NCBI GenBank assembly: GCA_051362555.1
Contig: CM120641.1
Span: 6,634,001-6,698,000, forward strand
Reading direction: 5' to 3'
From: Lingula anatina
Lineage: Eukaryota; Animalia; Brachiopoda
DNA length: 64,000 bases
Of the stretch, positions 26,801 to 39,647 are shown piece after piece (the first letter of the stretch is position 1; every line of letters starts with the position of its first letter). A program made the translations under genes and the position numbers. The notes under the pieces are model-generated. The model was given only the letters and a program-made list of their open reading frames with translations. It ran no database searches and was not told where the DNA came from.

Positions 26801-29228
26801 CGAAAAAAATTAATAACTCAACTCTCTGCCGGTTATCAACTCTATCCCTCAAATGTGGGTCGACGGGTTGTAGAAATTTCCGGAGTTTCAATTTACCATC
26901 GACGCTTCCTGACAGTGTGGCGCGCTTTTAATTCACAATACATAGTTGTTTCAAACCTATGAGTCACTTAATTTATCTTTGAAATGTGTTTCTAGCTGTT
27001 GTATTTTTCTCCTTTACCTTTGAAGCCCTTTTCTCAGGCGGCTTTTATTCCCACTAAAATCAATTCAAACATACGGCAGTTCTCATTACATCATAGTTTA
27101 GAATTAAGTTAGTCTGGATAGGTTTTTCTTCAGGTTAGCAACAAACTGGTAATAAGTCATTTGCCGCCTAAGATCTTTTTATGTAAAATTTCATAGCCTG
27201 AAATAAATCATTCATTCAGTTTCCAATCCACATTATAGTTATAATAATAGTTTATTAAAATAATGACGAAAAATATCAACAAGGAGGTGAGTTACCGGGA
27301 GTACGATAGAAATTTAGGATGATCTTTACAAAGTTATTTTTAGGTTCTCCTTGTATGCAACATTTTTTAAAACAATAGTGTGCTCCTTTAACTAACTTTC
27401 AATGACAGTTACAGCAAACCGATGTGTCCGAGATAGTATAAGCAAGATCTTTTTAAGATAAAATTCTGCTTGCTTAGCCTACTTAAAATTTGGACAAATA
27501 AACCTTTTATTCAAGCCTATCCAAGCCTAAGCTAAAGATGCATCATGATGCTTATTCGTATCATCGTGAAGTACGAATGTACCTTTCTTTACCCCGTACA
27601 GACTTCACCAGTTATTTTTACCCAATGTTTTGACAAGCACAGACCTAATCTTACATTTATGACGTTTCTGTTACCAAAAAGCACTCAAACCTTTCGTTAC
27701 TGACTAAACCTCTATTCCGAGGAAAGCGATCTTACCTCACTTGACCGATAGATATTACCGGAAAACGCAATATGAACGCCAATGCCTATTCTAAGACTTT
27801 ACTTGTCCTAAAATGAAACTTGGACGTATAGAAGTCGATGTAGGATTTACACAGGTAAAGGATGATAACCTATCCTAATTCCAGACTATTGGAATCTATT
27901 ATACTCTCACACAATTGGAGGTATCCTATCCAGAATTTTTCCCAAAAATTGAATTTTTCTCGAAAAATAAAAGTATTTTTTTGCTACTCGCGCACCATTG
28001 CTTGACCTTTCCCCGCATTTGGATTCGACGTTTAATCGCATTTCTATTATAATAATTTAATTTTAATTGACTGACCAGTCTTCCCGTACATACCTCACAT
28101 AAAAACTTGCTTTACCCGTTTTCACTTTCAATCTTTCCAATTTAATAAAATTATTGTGGATCATCTGATTTGGGGAATGGGTGTCCTAATTTGTAAAGGT
28201 CTATTATGCAGTCTGGTTTTCTGATTACTAAGGTAGACTATTTTAACGCTATCGTGTGGGGTAAACCTACTTTGAGTATTTAGTACACGTACTACTTGGC
28301 AATGATGGAATTAATCTAATTGCATGACTAAGTTAAGGTTGAGTTTGGATTGCCTTCTGTGTCTTCTCTTACTCAGTGGATTGCCATTGTTTTCGAAAGA
28401 ACACAGAGGCATCTAGAGTGATCGAACATAAAGCTATAGTCGAGTGACAGAAGATGCGTCATGGCTCTCTCACGAGGAAAGTTCAATTGCCGCCACGCTG
28501 TGAACTTACTCAGTCATATCATTACTAATGTGTCATTTCCCAGGCATTTACTTTATTAAAAATAATGTGTGATTCTCGTCATTTGAAGATTTTAATGTGG
28601 GATATTGATACTGTGCTGAGATCGGTAAATTACTTGTGCGATCCAATCTTTTTTGCTTCATAAGTAGATATTAGTCGTGATTCCCTATATCTCTTAATCC
28701 AACGCGGTCTTTAATTACAATGTTAATCTGCAATAAAAATGATATATATTAATGTCTTATCGGACGTATTCCTTCTAATTTGTGACAGATAAACCTTTAT
28801 TTGTTATATCCCAATTAAAACTAGAATACAGTTTTAAACATCATTTATCAAATGTGCTGACTTTACACATAATGTTCGAAATGTGAAACGTGCACATGGC
28901 TCATGGTACTGATCTTTTCTCTAACTCTCAAAATGATGAATATTTACTTTGATATTTATCAAAAGCATCACAATAACAAAAAAACGCCCTTGTGAAAATT
29001 ATGCTATACACCCTGAGAATTGACCCTGTTCCATTGTGACGTATGTATTTCGGCCAACGCATGAATTATGACCTTTTGCCTCCAAAGTCATTTTCACGAC
29101 AAACAATTCTCAAAATAGAAAAGGGAATGTTCACCATACATGTATAAATGATGAGTAAGCATGTTGGAATTAGAAGATGATCCCTGTTGAAAATTACAAA
29201 ATATAAGATATAAAGAGTCCTTGATAAA

Positions 29229-29231
<3 letters not shown>

Positions 29232-29298
<67 letters not shown>
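29232..29298. repeat. Compound (GT)n(GA)n microsatellite
   Basis: Direct reading. Confidence 0.95.
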
Positions 29299-29302
<4 letters not shown>

Positions 29303-31230
29303 AACGAAGGTCGACCGGTTCAAACTAGACCAGTTATCTGTTGTATCAAATCGTAGATTGAATGACAGTTAAAGTCGCTTTTTAAAAAATCTTATTCAGC
29401 CAACTTTAACTTTGATAAAAGTAAAGAGAGAAAAAATAATACCCTGATATCTTTATCATTTTTGTATGACCTCTTCCTTTTTGAGGTAAAAAACATGTTG
29501 TCGTACTCTTTTACGTCAAATTCCTTGGTTTTACGGGGCACGCCTTTCTATTTATTTTTAGAGAACAAGAATATCTTTTCTAGAGATTGGAGGTTACATT
29601 TACTCACCCCTTCTACAAAAACGAATAATCAAGAAAGCGCACGTGTTCAACAGATATTTTCTCTGAAGTTTCAATTATTAAAATTTCATCAATCTCAGTC
29701 ATAAACTCATTCCGTCCATAACCTGTTCATTAATCATTTTTCATAGAAATCACGCCATCTACCCTCCTGCGTCTTTTCGTCAAATAAACAACGCTCTTAG
29801 TCATTCGAAAGTAATTTTCTGCAAATTTGTGTTAATAATTTAGGAAGCAATTTCTTGTTTAGATTTTGTGTTTCGTTATATTCATAAACAACTTAATGAG
29901 ACTCGTCCGGGAACAGATTCATCCTGATTGGAAAGGATGATAACAACAACTGTGATATAAATACCAGTAGCGACTTAAGAAACCCCGGTCACTTCATACC
30001 ACACACAGATAAACACCGCCGCTATGACCACGGAAGGAATATGCGTATTGTCGCAGATTTGTTTTTTCTTAACTTCGAAAACACACATACGCACGTAAAC
30101 GCGAACATGTGTGCGTGCACGTACACACACCCACAGATACACACTTACTGGCGCCTATGATCTAATATACCGTTTATTAGATCTTAGCTGGCGCATACAA
30201 AAAATGCGCAAACACACGCGTGTAAACAATCAGAATGGATGAATTATGAAAACATTTGTATTATTCATAAATACTAATATTATCAATCTCCCACCCCCCC
30301 ACTCACACACACACACACACGCACGCACACACAAGCAAAGGTAAACACGAGTGATGCATCTTCATTTTGTGCCTATCATTTATAACTTTCAATATAACCC
30401 CCTCCTACAAACACAGGCACACTCTGTCAAAACACCATCATCATAAATAATTCATTACGACTAATAGTACTGATGACAGCAATTATTTATACGTTTCCTT
30501 GTAATTCTCAGAATTGCGGGTCACTCGATGACAATGAAGGAGTTACGTGAGGATTAACAAGTTCCATTATTATCTTGGTAGAAAACAGAAAAGGTAATGA
30601 GCAAATTTCGGAAGATAGTATCCTCACTATTCAAATAACATGTTCATTAACCAAAAATAAATAAATAGATAAATAAATTAAATTAAAATAAAATTTAAAA
30701 ACGCAATTTAAAAAATTGCGGTCTTACTATTTTGTCCGAATTTAGAGATGATGGCTCATATTTTTGTCACTTAATGTGCCTAAAGAGGTCCCTAATTTGA
30801 TGTCGATTGTATCGCAACGGGATTTGAAGCCTAAAGTGTAATGACACAAAGCTCTCGGCACAGTTAGTAATAAGATGTATCATTATTACAAGGCGTGTAT
30901 GATGAATCATTGATGTTAGTGCTTATAAAATGCATTTACTGCTTTCTTGTTGACAAAATCAGAAAACAAGGTTGAGTTTCAGAAACTGATGCCAAGGTTT
31001 TGGAAGAAGATTTGTGATAACAGCACCACCTGTGCTTTATTTGATTAAAATTTCGATTAAAATAAAATCCATTTATGTGTAAGTAAATGTTCCTGCCAGC
31101 TTAGTTTTGCACATTATATACATTTGGCGACACACAAAGATCTTCCTACACGTACTACAGAGAACCTGCGCTGGTCTCTATTTGACAGCTTTCTAGGGAT
31201 GGGGCGGCAACAAGTAAAGGTACCAAATGG

Positions 31231-31358
31231 CTACCCTCTACCAGGGTGGCAGAAATTATAGGCAAATTTTCAAAAAGCCAGAGAATCAAATGACTGTCTA
31301 TTTGACATATCTGTGAATATCTTGTGAAAAATCAATCATTCGCCCTGGTAGAGGGTAG
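31231..31358. mobile_element. 128-bp MITE with perfect 16-bp TIRs and 7-bp target-site duplication
   Basis: CTACCCTCTACCAGGG (31231-31246) and CCCTGGTAGAGGGTAG (31343-31358), flanked by CAAATGG at 31224-31230 and 31359-31365. Confidence 0.75.
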
Positions 31359-32245
31359 CAAATGGCAGTCGTAGAACTACCCCTGATCAAAGATGACATT
31401 GGTGTACTCTCTCTCTTCTCTCCTTCTCTCTGACCCTAGGACACCGGACAGCTTTGGAACACCACTACTCACCCTCACGTGAGGGAGGAAAGTAGACAAG
31501 ATATCTCAAACATTGCTCGTCCCATGAGTCACGGACCAGCTTTCGGTGGCTTGTACTGTTTCCTCCTGTTTTGCGGTCGTTTCTGCCGTTCCTGTATTGG
31601 TTTCCACGGGCACCCTCCAATCCACCCCTGCATGCCTGTAGATGTTTTTGTCGACCCCGACAGACCGCCTATATCAGGTACAGTTAAACACCTGGCATAT
31701 TTTTCTTGAAGATATGCCATTAGCAACAAGTTGCATAGACCCCACGCAAAATGAGAGTATTCCACTCATTCACAGCCACCAGTCTTGTCAGAGTCGCAGG
31801 ATTACGGGGTTTTATCGTTATTTTATTGTAGTTGTAGTTATAGTTGTAATAGAAATACTAGTTTTTAAGGGGATTTTTATTTTTATTATTATTTTTTTAC
31901 AGCGGTCTTTGTCTTTTGTCCATCTTCCAAGTTAGAAAGGACAAGCAGGACAAGAGTCATCAAACATGTAAAGCATACAATATTAAACTTGCAAGTTTGT
32001 TATCTTTATAATTAAAATTATTTAACACGTGTAATTATTCCGCAAAAATTAATATTAGAGACGTCAGTACCACGTCAATAGGGGCAGCACTAGTGGAGAA
32101 AAAAATACTGGGTTTATTTAGATTGTTAATTAAGTTTGAAATGGTTTCATATATGCAACGTTTTATATGATCTAGAATAATCGTTCACAAAAAAAAAAAA
32201 AAAAAAAAAAAAAAGAAAGAAAGAAAAAAAAAGAAAGAAAAAAAA

Positions 32246-32530
32246 TTACGCCGTAAGTTACGAGAGACTATCAGCATGAAGCGTCACCAGCCACCCATGA
32301 ATAGGAACGGGGGGCGGGGTGTCTATCTACCCAACGTTTATAAGAGGGTCCTGGCCGCTATACCACTTAGCGGTCAGTGAGTAACAACTTCTACTCACAT
32401 CAGTCTGATGAGGGCCTACGTCCAGTACAGGTTTAGCGTAAGCTAACAGTTTGAAAGCTTTTCAACTTGTGTTTGATAATTTTCATGTATGATCCAACTA
32501 CCAAGCTAATGAACATTTTTACTCAAATAA
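32246..32530 (+). mobile_element. Penelope-like retroelement 3' remnant (GIY-YIG C-terminus plus pseudo-LTR)
   Basis: 32249-32380 translates RRKLRETISMKRHQPPMNRNGGRGVYLPNVYKRVL...stop. This matches the Penelope GIY-YIG tail pattern R-K-x-x-E-A-I-x-I...P-x-M/L-N-R-D-G-G...L-P-x-V-Y and is followed by a hammerhead-like core. Confidence 0.75.
32400..32468 (+). ncRNA. Hammerhead ribozyme-like motif (type I, possibly degenerate)
   Basis: CTGATGA (32405-32411), stem GGGCCT/AGGTTT, GAAA (32453-32456), palindromic AAGCTT, then TC and ACT complementary to the upstream AGT. It sits where Penelope elements are known to carry hammerheads. Confidence 0.5.
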
Positions 32531-33368
32531 AATGTGGTGTCATGTTGTGTGGGCCTGCTTTAAGAGTTCTGACAGACCGGGTGTATCGTTATGTTCTCCT
32601 GGCGATCTGGTTTGTATTGCATTTAGCTAAACTCTTGATTAAATGTTTGATGGCACTATGCTAGACTTCAATCCATTTCCATTTTGTAAAAACAAAACAG
32701 AGAGATTAGACTTACGATAAGATCACCTCGAACTTTTCCGCGAAAAAAATATTCCAAGAAAATCTGATTGCGAAGCTTTTAATGGGAGTAATGAGCACAA
32801 TCAAAATATATACCCGGCTCATCTACCACAATTTGCGCTGATCGATCATTTATCTCTAATTGGATTATGTGTCAGCTGATATCTTGTTCAAACATATCAT
32901 GGTCCTTTATCTGAAACAGACTTTTAGACCACCGCACTTTGCTATCTGGTGGCACGCAATCATCCCTTCTATAAGAGCTCTGCTCTTGGCGATCAATCTC
33001 ACTTCAGTCAGACAGTTTTGTCAATACTGAAGACATCATCTCCAAGGCAAGGAGCTGTTTGTTAATACACCGGGCTTGTGTACCATTACAAGAGAATAAC
33101 AACAGGGCTTAAACAGAACTGGGACAGCAGATATTCTATCTTAATACTTCACGACTGGATATTTTCTGAATAGTGTTATTAAATTGATATCGAGTATCTC
33201 ATTTATATAACTTATATCTTTATTGCACATTTATTGCTCTATGAAGAGTGAGAATCAGGATTAGATTGAACAATCTATTGTTTAGATAACTAGAAACATG
33301 AATAGCTAAATTAAATATTAGTCATTTGCATTTACATCATCAATCTCTCTTTTTTTGGAATTTCAATA

Positions 33369-35378
33369 TTAAGGTGTGTATGTGGTTTTTCTTATTCTTC
33401 CTCCAATTGTTACCCTGTTAACGACCTTTTTCTTTTCCTTCGTTTTTTCCGGTTTAATATCGCGTTTCCATATTTCAGGTAGCTTTGAGATTCCACTTTC
33501 TCCTGGTAATAGTACTTTAGAAGGCGAATCGATAGTATTTTCTGTAAGATTATCGCGACCGTCTAGTGATGAATCTTCTTTTTCCAAGTCTTCGACAAGT
33601 TGTTTCAAAAATCCACTTGGTCCAATCCCAGCTTTAGTCACAGGTTCTGAGAAGTGAGTTTCTCGTGAATTAGGCGCACTACTGCGAGACTTGATAGAAA
33701 GACGCTTAGCACTGTTAAATGTTTTTTCAATCTCCCCCTCCTGGTTCAACTGGTCATCTTCTTCCTTTAACGACATGTTTGTTGTCTTTAAATCTACAGA
33801 TGCTTTCTCCAAGTCGTCCGCTGTCTTTTCGTCGTCTGAAATCTGGGGGTCGTAGTTCTTATCAACAAGAGATCTGTACTTGCTGTTTTTCAGAACTATT
33901 TTAGCGATTTGGTAGGCTTCGTTATCTTCAGCCTTTTTGAACCTTTCCAACAGATCCGCGTGGGCTTTATGCATCTTCCTGTATCTGTCTTCGTCGTTGG
34001 ACATCTTTGCGTACAAAACACTTAGAGATTTCGATATGTTATTGACTCGTTTAATTTTGTAAAGGGTGCTTGTCTTTATTGAAAAATTGCTAAATTCGAA
34101 AGAAAGGTCTGGGCACGTACGGCTCGGTGCATGCGCAACAGTCCTCGGCCTGCGTTCACTGTTAGAATAGGCTGTCGGTATGGCGGGAAGGCTTTTCGTG
34201 GCGGAGATCACAGAACCGGCAGCACCGGCTGCAAGACCCAACTCTTTAGCAGACACTGGTAAACTGCCCTTTCTTCTCTGTCTGTTATGGTACTGCTCGT
34301 TTTCTCTGAGAAGTGCCACGGCAGAGCTTGAAAATGGTCGTATTGCAGCCAAGGAAGGCGTTCGTGCCAAAATATCACTGAGATCATTTTTTACGCTGGC
34401 TTTTTCGTGGCGGTGTTTTCGTCTTGTGACGTCTATTGCTCTGTCAATAACTCTAAAATTAAAAAAATAGAAATAGTAAAAATAGAAATAATGAAAAAAA
34501 ATCTCGAATAGTGCTAAGCAGTTTTATCTGCGTATTGGTTTAAAGGAATAAATAAAATCATTGCTATTTAGGGGGTATTTCGTCTAATGTTGTTTATTAA
34601 TTTTTTAGTTTTAATGACACAAATATAATACTTTTGGTAGTAAAATTTGTAGAAAAATTCACTACATACTCATTGTGCTGAAATCAAACACAAAATCAAA
34701 AGTAATGAAATTAAATTTGAGATTTGCTGACATTTGTGGACTTTACGTTCATGGCCAACATTTAATCTTTTATTTTAAATTATGTCTGCCAGTGCAATAT
34801 TCTTAGGTATCGTTATAATCTACGTATTAATAATTATCATTACAATTAATTTGGAAGTATTGTTTATCTTTCAGCTTTTGCAAGCATTTCGTCTTACAAT
34901 GAGATCACATATGAAACATGTAAAAGGATGTAAGCAATGACGTGAAGTCATACCACAGCACTATAAAATGTCAACTGTAACCGTATCCAAGCAGACACAT
35001 GGTCATTTGCTAAACACAAAAGATAACTTTTTCGTGACTTTGGTTTCGAAAAGATGTTACGCTAAACACGAACGCTTCTTAAGTAGCTCTCAGGGTTTCT
35101 GCGTTAAATTTGCAATAGTGCTTAATTGTGTGTTGGGAAGTCAACCGAACATCATCTTAATCCTGATAACACACATTGGATACTGCGCGCGTAGGTATTG
35201 GAAGAGAAATAAACAAAATATAATGGAGATGGAAACCAAAATATGGAATCTCTTACTTTGTCTGAGCTTTGAGATGCTTCTCTTCTCTAGCATTTGTCTT
35301 TCTTGTGCGTAGAAATTCTTTGACGTCCAATATAGCGCCATGACTGGCGTCGTGATACAGATGACCTACGTCGCTCAT
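33369..35378 (-). CDS. Uncharacterised protein of about 401 aa, N-terminal coiled coil plus Ser/Lys-rich disordered region
   Basis: Exon 35257-35378 (MSDVGHLYHD...KTNAREEKHLKAQT, phase-2 donor GTAAGA) joins in frame to exon 33369-34452 (acceptor TTTTAG), which contains the 333-aa track ORF. Confidence 0.75.
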
Positions 35379-38300
35379 TACTGGTGTTCTGGGTGTTTTT
35401 GAGAGACAACTCTCAAATCCTTAAAAAATGTCAGCATCTGTTTCTAGTGGTTTCAATAGGCATCCTGGCTTTTATAACTCTCGTGTCAGTTCTGTCCTTT
35501 AAGTTAACCTTTAAGTAGGTTTAAAGTGCTGTCTTCCAAATATATTTGACAAAGGACTCTCAACTCATGTTTGCTTTGGTTTCTATGCGTAAATGACAGT
35601 CATATCATTCGTGCTGTTTCCGGATGTCAGTCTGTGCCCGTGGTTGTCACATTTTCAACCCTTTTAGCAAGATACCAGACGTGATTTCAACGTATAAAAA
35701 ACTAGCATGTGTCTAACTCTTCAGCGTCTGTTTTCAGTGGTGTCTATACGCTACGTCACTCGTGCTAATTCTGTTGTCCAAGTGGTATCTCCCTATAGAG
35801 CTAGCTCCCCTATCAAGGTATGGTAATCTGTGACACGCACACCGTAAAATTCCTGTCTCGAGCTATCAGCTTGAGCCGGTATAATAGGAACCTTGTCTTA
35901 AGTCGAACATTCAACAAACAATTCGGATAAGTTCATAGAAGATGTGCGAAACGCTTTTAAGAGGCGTCTTGTCGTTGATTGGAAAGTTTGACACTTTGAT
36001 GAATTTCTGTCCAATAAGGAAGATGCGTAATCTTTTGAAGATATCCACCCGTTTCTTAGAACCCGGGGGAATTTATTCACAGTTTCCCTGTTTCTGTAAT
36101 ACTATAGCTCACCTAAAATCACCTGATCAGCTCGTCAGTCACGACTGTGTCATTTTGTGGTGGCTTTAACGGGAATGGTTTTCTGGCATACCCCTGCAAC
36201 CCAAGCCTATGGCCTACCATTTAATCCTGCGTCCAGTATCAATGTCAGCAGAACCAATCGGGTTATCTATTGGTTTTCTAATGCCGACTGAGTCTAGTCC
36301 TTGCTTTATTTCCTCGTTTCTTTACCTTAAATTCCCGGGTTGATTAGACAGGAAGATTACCGGGCTTTTCTGCACGAAACCCATATTGATGCAATACAGG
36401 GGAAACAATCTCCAGATAAAAAAAAAAAAACTTTTCAAATACACTCAGCTATCCAACCTCCGGCAATGTTCATTATATACTAAAGTATTCTTTAAACAAG
36501 CCAGGTAAGAGAAGCTTAATGGTTTCTTGATTAAGGAAGAACAAAACGAGCAACGGGACAGTTCGCTTTTACGTCCTCCATATATTTGAATAGGATGATT
36601 GGGGATTTATGAATCAATAACTCGACCTATAATAATGCGATGCCGTTTTAGTAACGCGAGAAGAATGTGTACTCAGTGATAAAATGCTCTCAAATTGAAT
36701 ATGGCTGTCAACATCTAGGAACGATAAGTAGTTGTAAATCTTTGACAAGTTTATCCTTGCCTCTAGAATAGAACTTATAATGTTTAGATATAACGCTGTG
36801 AGTTATTTGCAAAAATCATTTTTTGTTACGAATCCGTGGGCTACTTAGTCTGTGGCAAATAAATTGAATAACTGGATAAAAGGTGATTTTATACGCACAA
36901 AGGGAAATTATTTTATGCCAGTTTGAACTTCAGCTGACATTTTAAGATAATTAAATTCCCAATTCAAAGGTTTTTAATAAAAAGGACGGTGAAAGTCAAT
37001 ACTCCAAAGTCTGTTGGTTTATCCCTAACATGGACGACCTTCAGGGGGTGTAAGGATTTAAGAAAATGCTAAAAGTTTGATTTTAGACCATAACCAAAAG
37101 ATAATTTTTATTTCAAAAATTTCAAAACAAAAATAAATAAATAAAAAGCGACTAAGTGTGCCCCCTCCCTGCAATTATGCATTATCCACTAGTATAAACA
37201 ACAACAGAACCCGTGTAACGTTCTCAATTTACTTCATACATACATGTGTTTTTGTATTTACATTTTAATCAGCTCGTCACTTTTGTACATTATAAAACAT
37301 TTCCCCTCCTTGTCAATTACTTGGTCTCGTTGAAAATAGCAACAACAACAATAAATCAATTAAATGAGACAATAGAAAAAGATTTTAAGGTTTATCTCCT
37401 ATGAATTGTATCTTTTTCATTTTGCGTTGGAAATATATTTCTCTTTTTCGTTTTAGATAATAGAATCTGTTATATTTGCAATTTATCATGTACGTAATTA
37501 CAGAAGTTTTAACGTTAAAAATATATATGTATATATCAAACATTCCCATAAAGCTTATTTCGATCCATTTTCAAGGTAAGAAAATTGATATTCGCTTAAA
37601 AATGTCACTTTCCACTTATTGTTTGTTTATTTCTGTGTGGTTTGTTAGAATCTAAACCGCTAGATGGCGTCTTAACACACTTCTTTTTATCTCAGCAAAA
37701 CAATGAAAAACTTAGTTACATAGCCGGATTTGTAAACTTTGATATTTCAATTCGTATTGATTTTATCATGCACGAAGAGAGAAAATACTTGGGTGAATAG
37801 GCCGATAGTTATTCAAGCAGTGGATTAATGCATTATAAATATGAATGAACGAACATAGCAATACTTGGGCATTGAAATAAATGGGTCTGTTATTTACTCT
37901 TTCACCGGTTCTGTTTATTTTGAATTTAATCGTTGGTTGGATTCAGTTCGTTGCAATGCATGTAGCACCTTTTGACTCCAGCATTCTGGAACAAGAAATC
38001 ATGACACGCCGTTGAAGAGTTTCTCGCCAGTAGACTTTTTAATTCTCCTTATCGTGGCAGGCAAGTAAAACGTCTTAAGTTGTGATAAACGACCCTTCAC
38101 ACGTACAGGTACAAGTCTTGTCGAGATAAAGTCGTGTGAAGAATCTGTAAATCCTAATTAAATGTCGCCTTAGACGTTGTAGGTTTCTTCTTCCTTTACA
38201 TATGCTGTCGAAACTAAATAACGTTAATAGCCCAAAGCTGGTAGAAAAGGTAGACTGAACTTTAAAACAAAATTTGCTGTGTACAAAGTACAAAGCAAAC

Positions 38301-39647
38301 AGACCCCCGTCATATATTAAGTAATCAAAGATAAGCGATCCCTACATTTGACCTATTTACTATTAAAAAAATATTTATCCACTGCTGCCAGGCGTGGGTT
38401 CAATAAAGGTTAGATACGACTACATGTGTACACCACAAAGAAATCCGTGAAAAAAATGGTACAATCGAATTGTTTATACATTAAGACTGACTTAGGGACG
38501 GTTTCGTTTTCTGTAAAAGAACAATAGCCAGTGTTTATTGGAGAGCAGATTTCTTTTAAGGTACTGGAGAAGAAAAATGATAACCATTATTATCAGTTAT
38601 AATATCTGCTTTAGATAATTCAACAGGTGACCTCAGTATCTTATTTTGATCCCTGTTTACTAGACAGAATATAAATCAACGTAAATGAACATTTTATAAT
38701 AAACCCTCTAGTAGAATGTTCCACTTTTGTCGATGGCATAGTAATTAGGTAATCACATTTTGAGGAGGTGCTGCATATAATTTGAAGCTTTGAAGGGTCT
38801 CTTTTTTATTTTAAGATTTTGTTACTCATCGTGACTTGTAGACACAAGTCGGTTAATCATTTCATACTTTCCCACTGTTAAAATGCCGACGAAAAAAAAA
38901 CTAATCTGATTATAGTCTTAGTATGTAGTAGCAAGGAGTAGCTAAGCAGAATGTCATGTTAAAATACAAATCCCTTTCAGTCAATACAGTAACAAGGACT
39001 ATCTAAATATCAAAAATTGATCAAGATTATGAGGAGTGTCTCGGTGTTGACAGTTATGTTTTGATTGCGTGATCAGTGTTAAAGAGTTTCAGGTAGCGCC
39101 AACTCATCCCCTCTGAGTAAACAACCGATCACTTCTCCCTCAGACACTCCTGAAATTAAGCGTCCCTTTGTCGTTTTTTTAAGTGGTTGATGATTACTCA
39201 GTGTGATTCACTTTCTGTTGATTCTTACTCTATGTTTGATCATCCCATAGGCTATCATTTTGAACATGCGATTCACTAAAATGTTGCATAGTTTTTATAT
39301 TTTAATTACTATGAGGGGAATTAACTTAAAAATACCCCCTTCCCAGATCGGTATTTATGATTTAGTTTCAGCTTTAGTCTGGTATGAACTTGGTTTAAAA
39401 ATGAAAAATATGGTAACATTGGGTTATTAAGTGACTTTACCCTGTTAGGTTATATGAAGATTTAGATTAAGGTTAAACCTTACAGGTGTCAGTGTTCCAG
39501 CCCACCCACACTTCAAATCTTGCATCCGACGTTAAATGTCGTTCTTGTTCCTGTCATATCAGCTTTTCAATTGTGGTAGTTGTCTCTCCAATTCTAAACT
39601 CAATTGTGTTCCACCATTCTCTCGTTGCAGGCCTACTATTGCTCACG

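Noticed and set aside
27585-27765. Cluster of minus-strand GGTAA donor-like motifs
   Set aside because: No associated exon, ORF or periodicity; compatible with chance.
31380-31800. GC-richer block with three overlapping short ORFs
   Set aside because: No recognisable motif, splice structure or termini. It may be a repeat fragment but cannot be classified.
35141-35341. Track ORF MALYWTSKNF as first exon of the minus-strand gene
   Set aside because: Its frame gives a phase-1 donor; only the frame from ATG 35378 matches the phase-2 acceptor at 34452.
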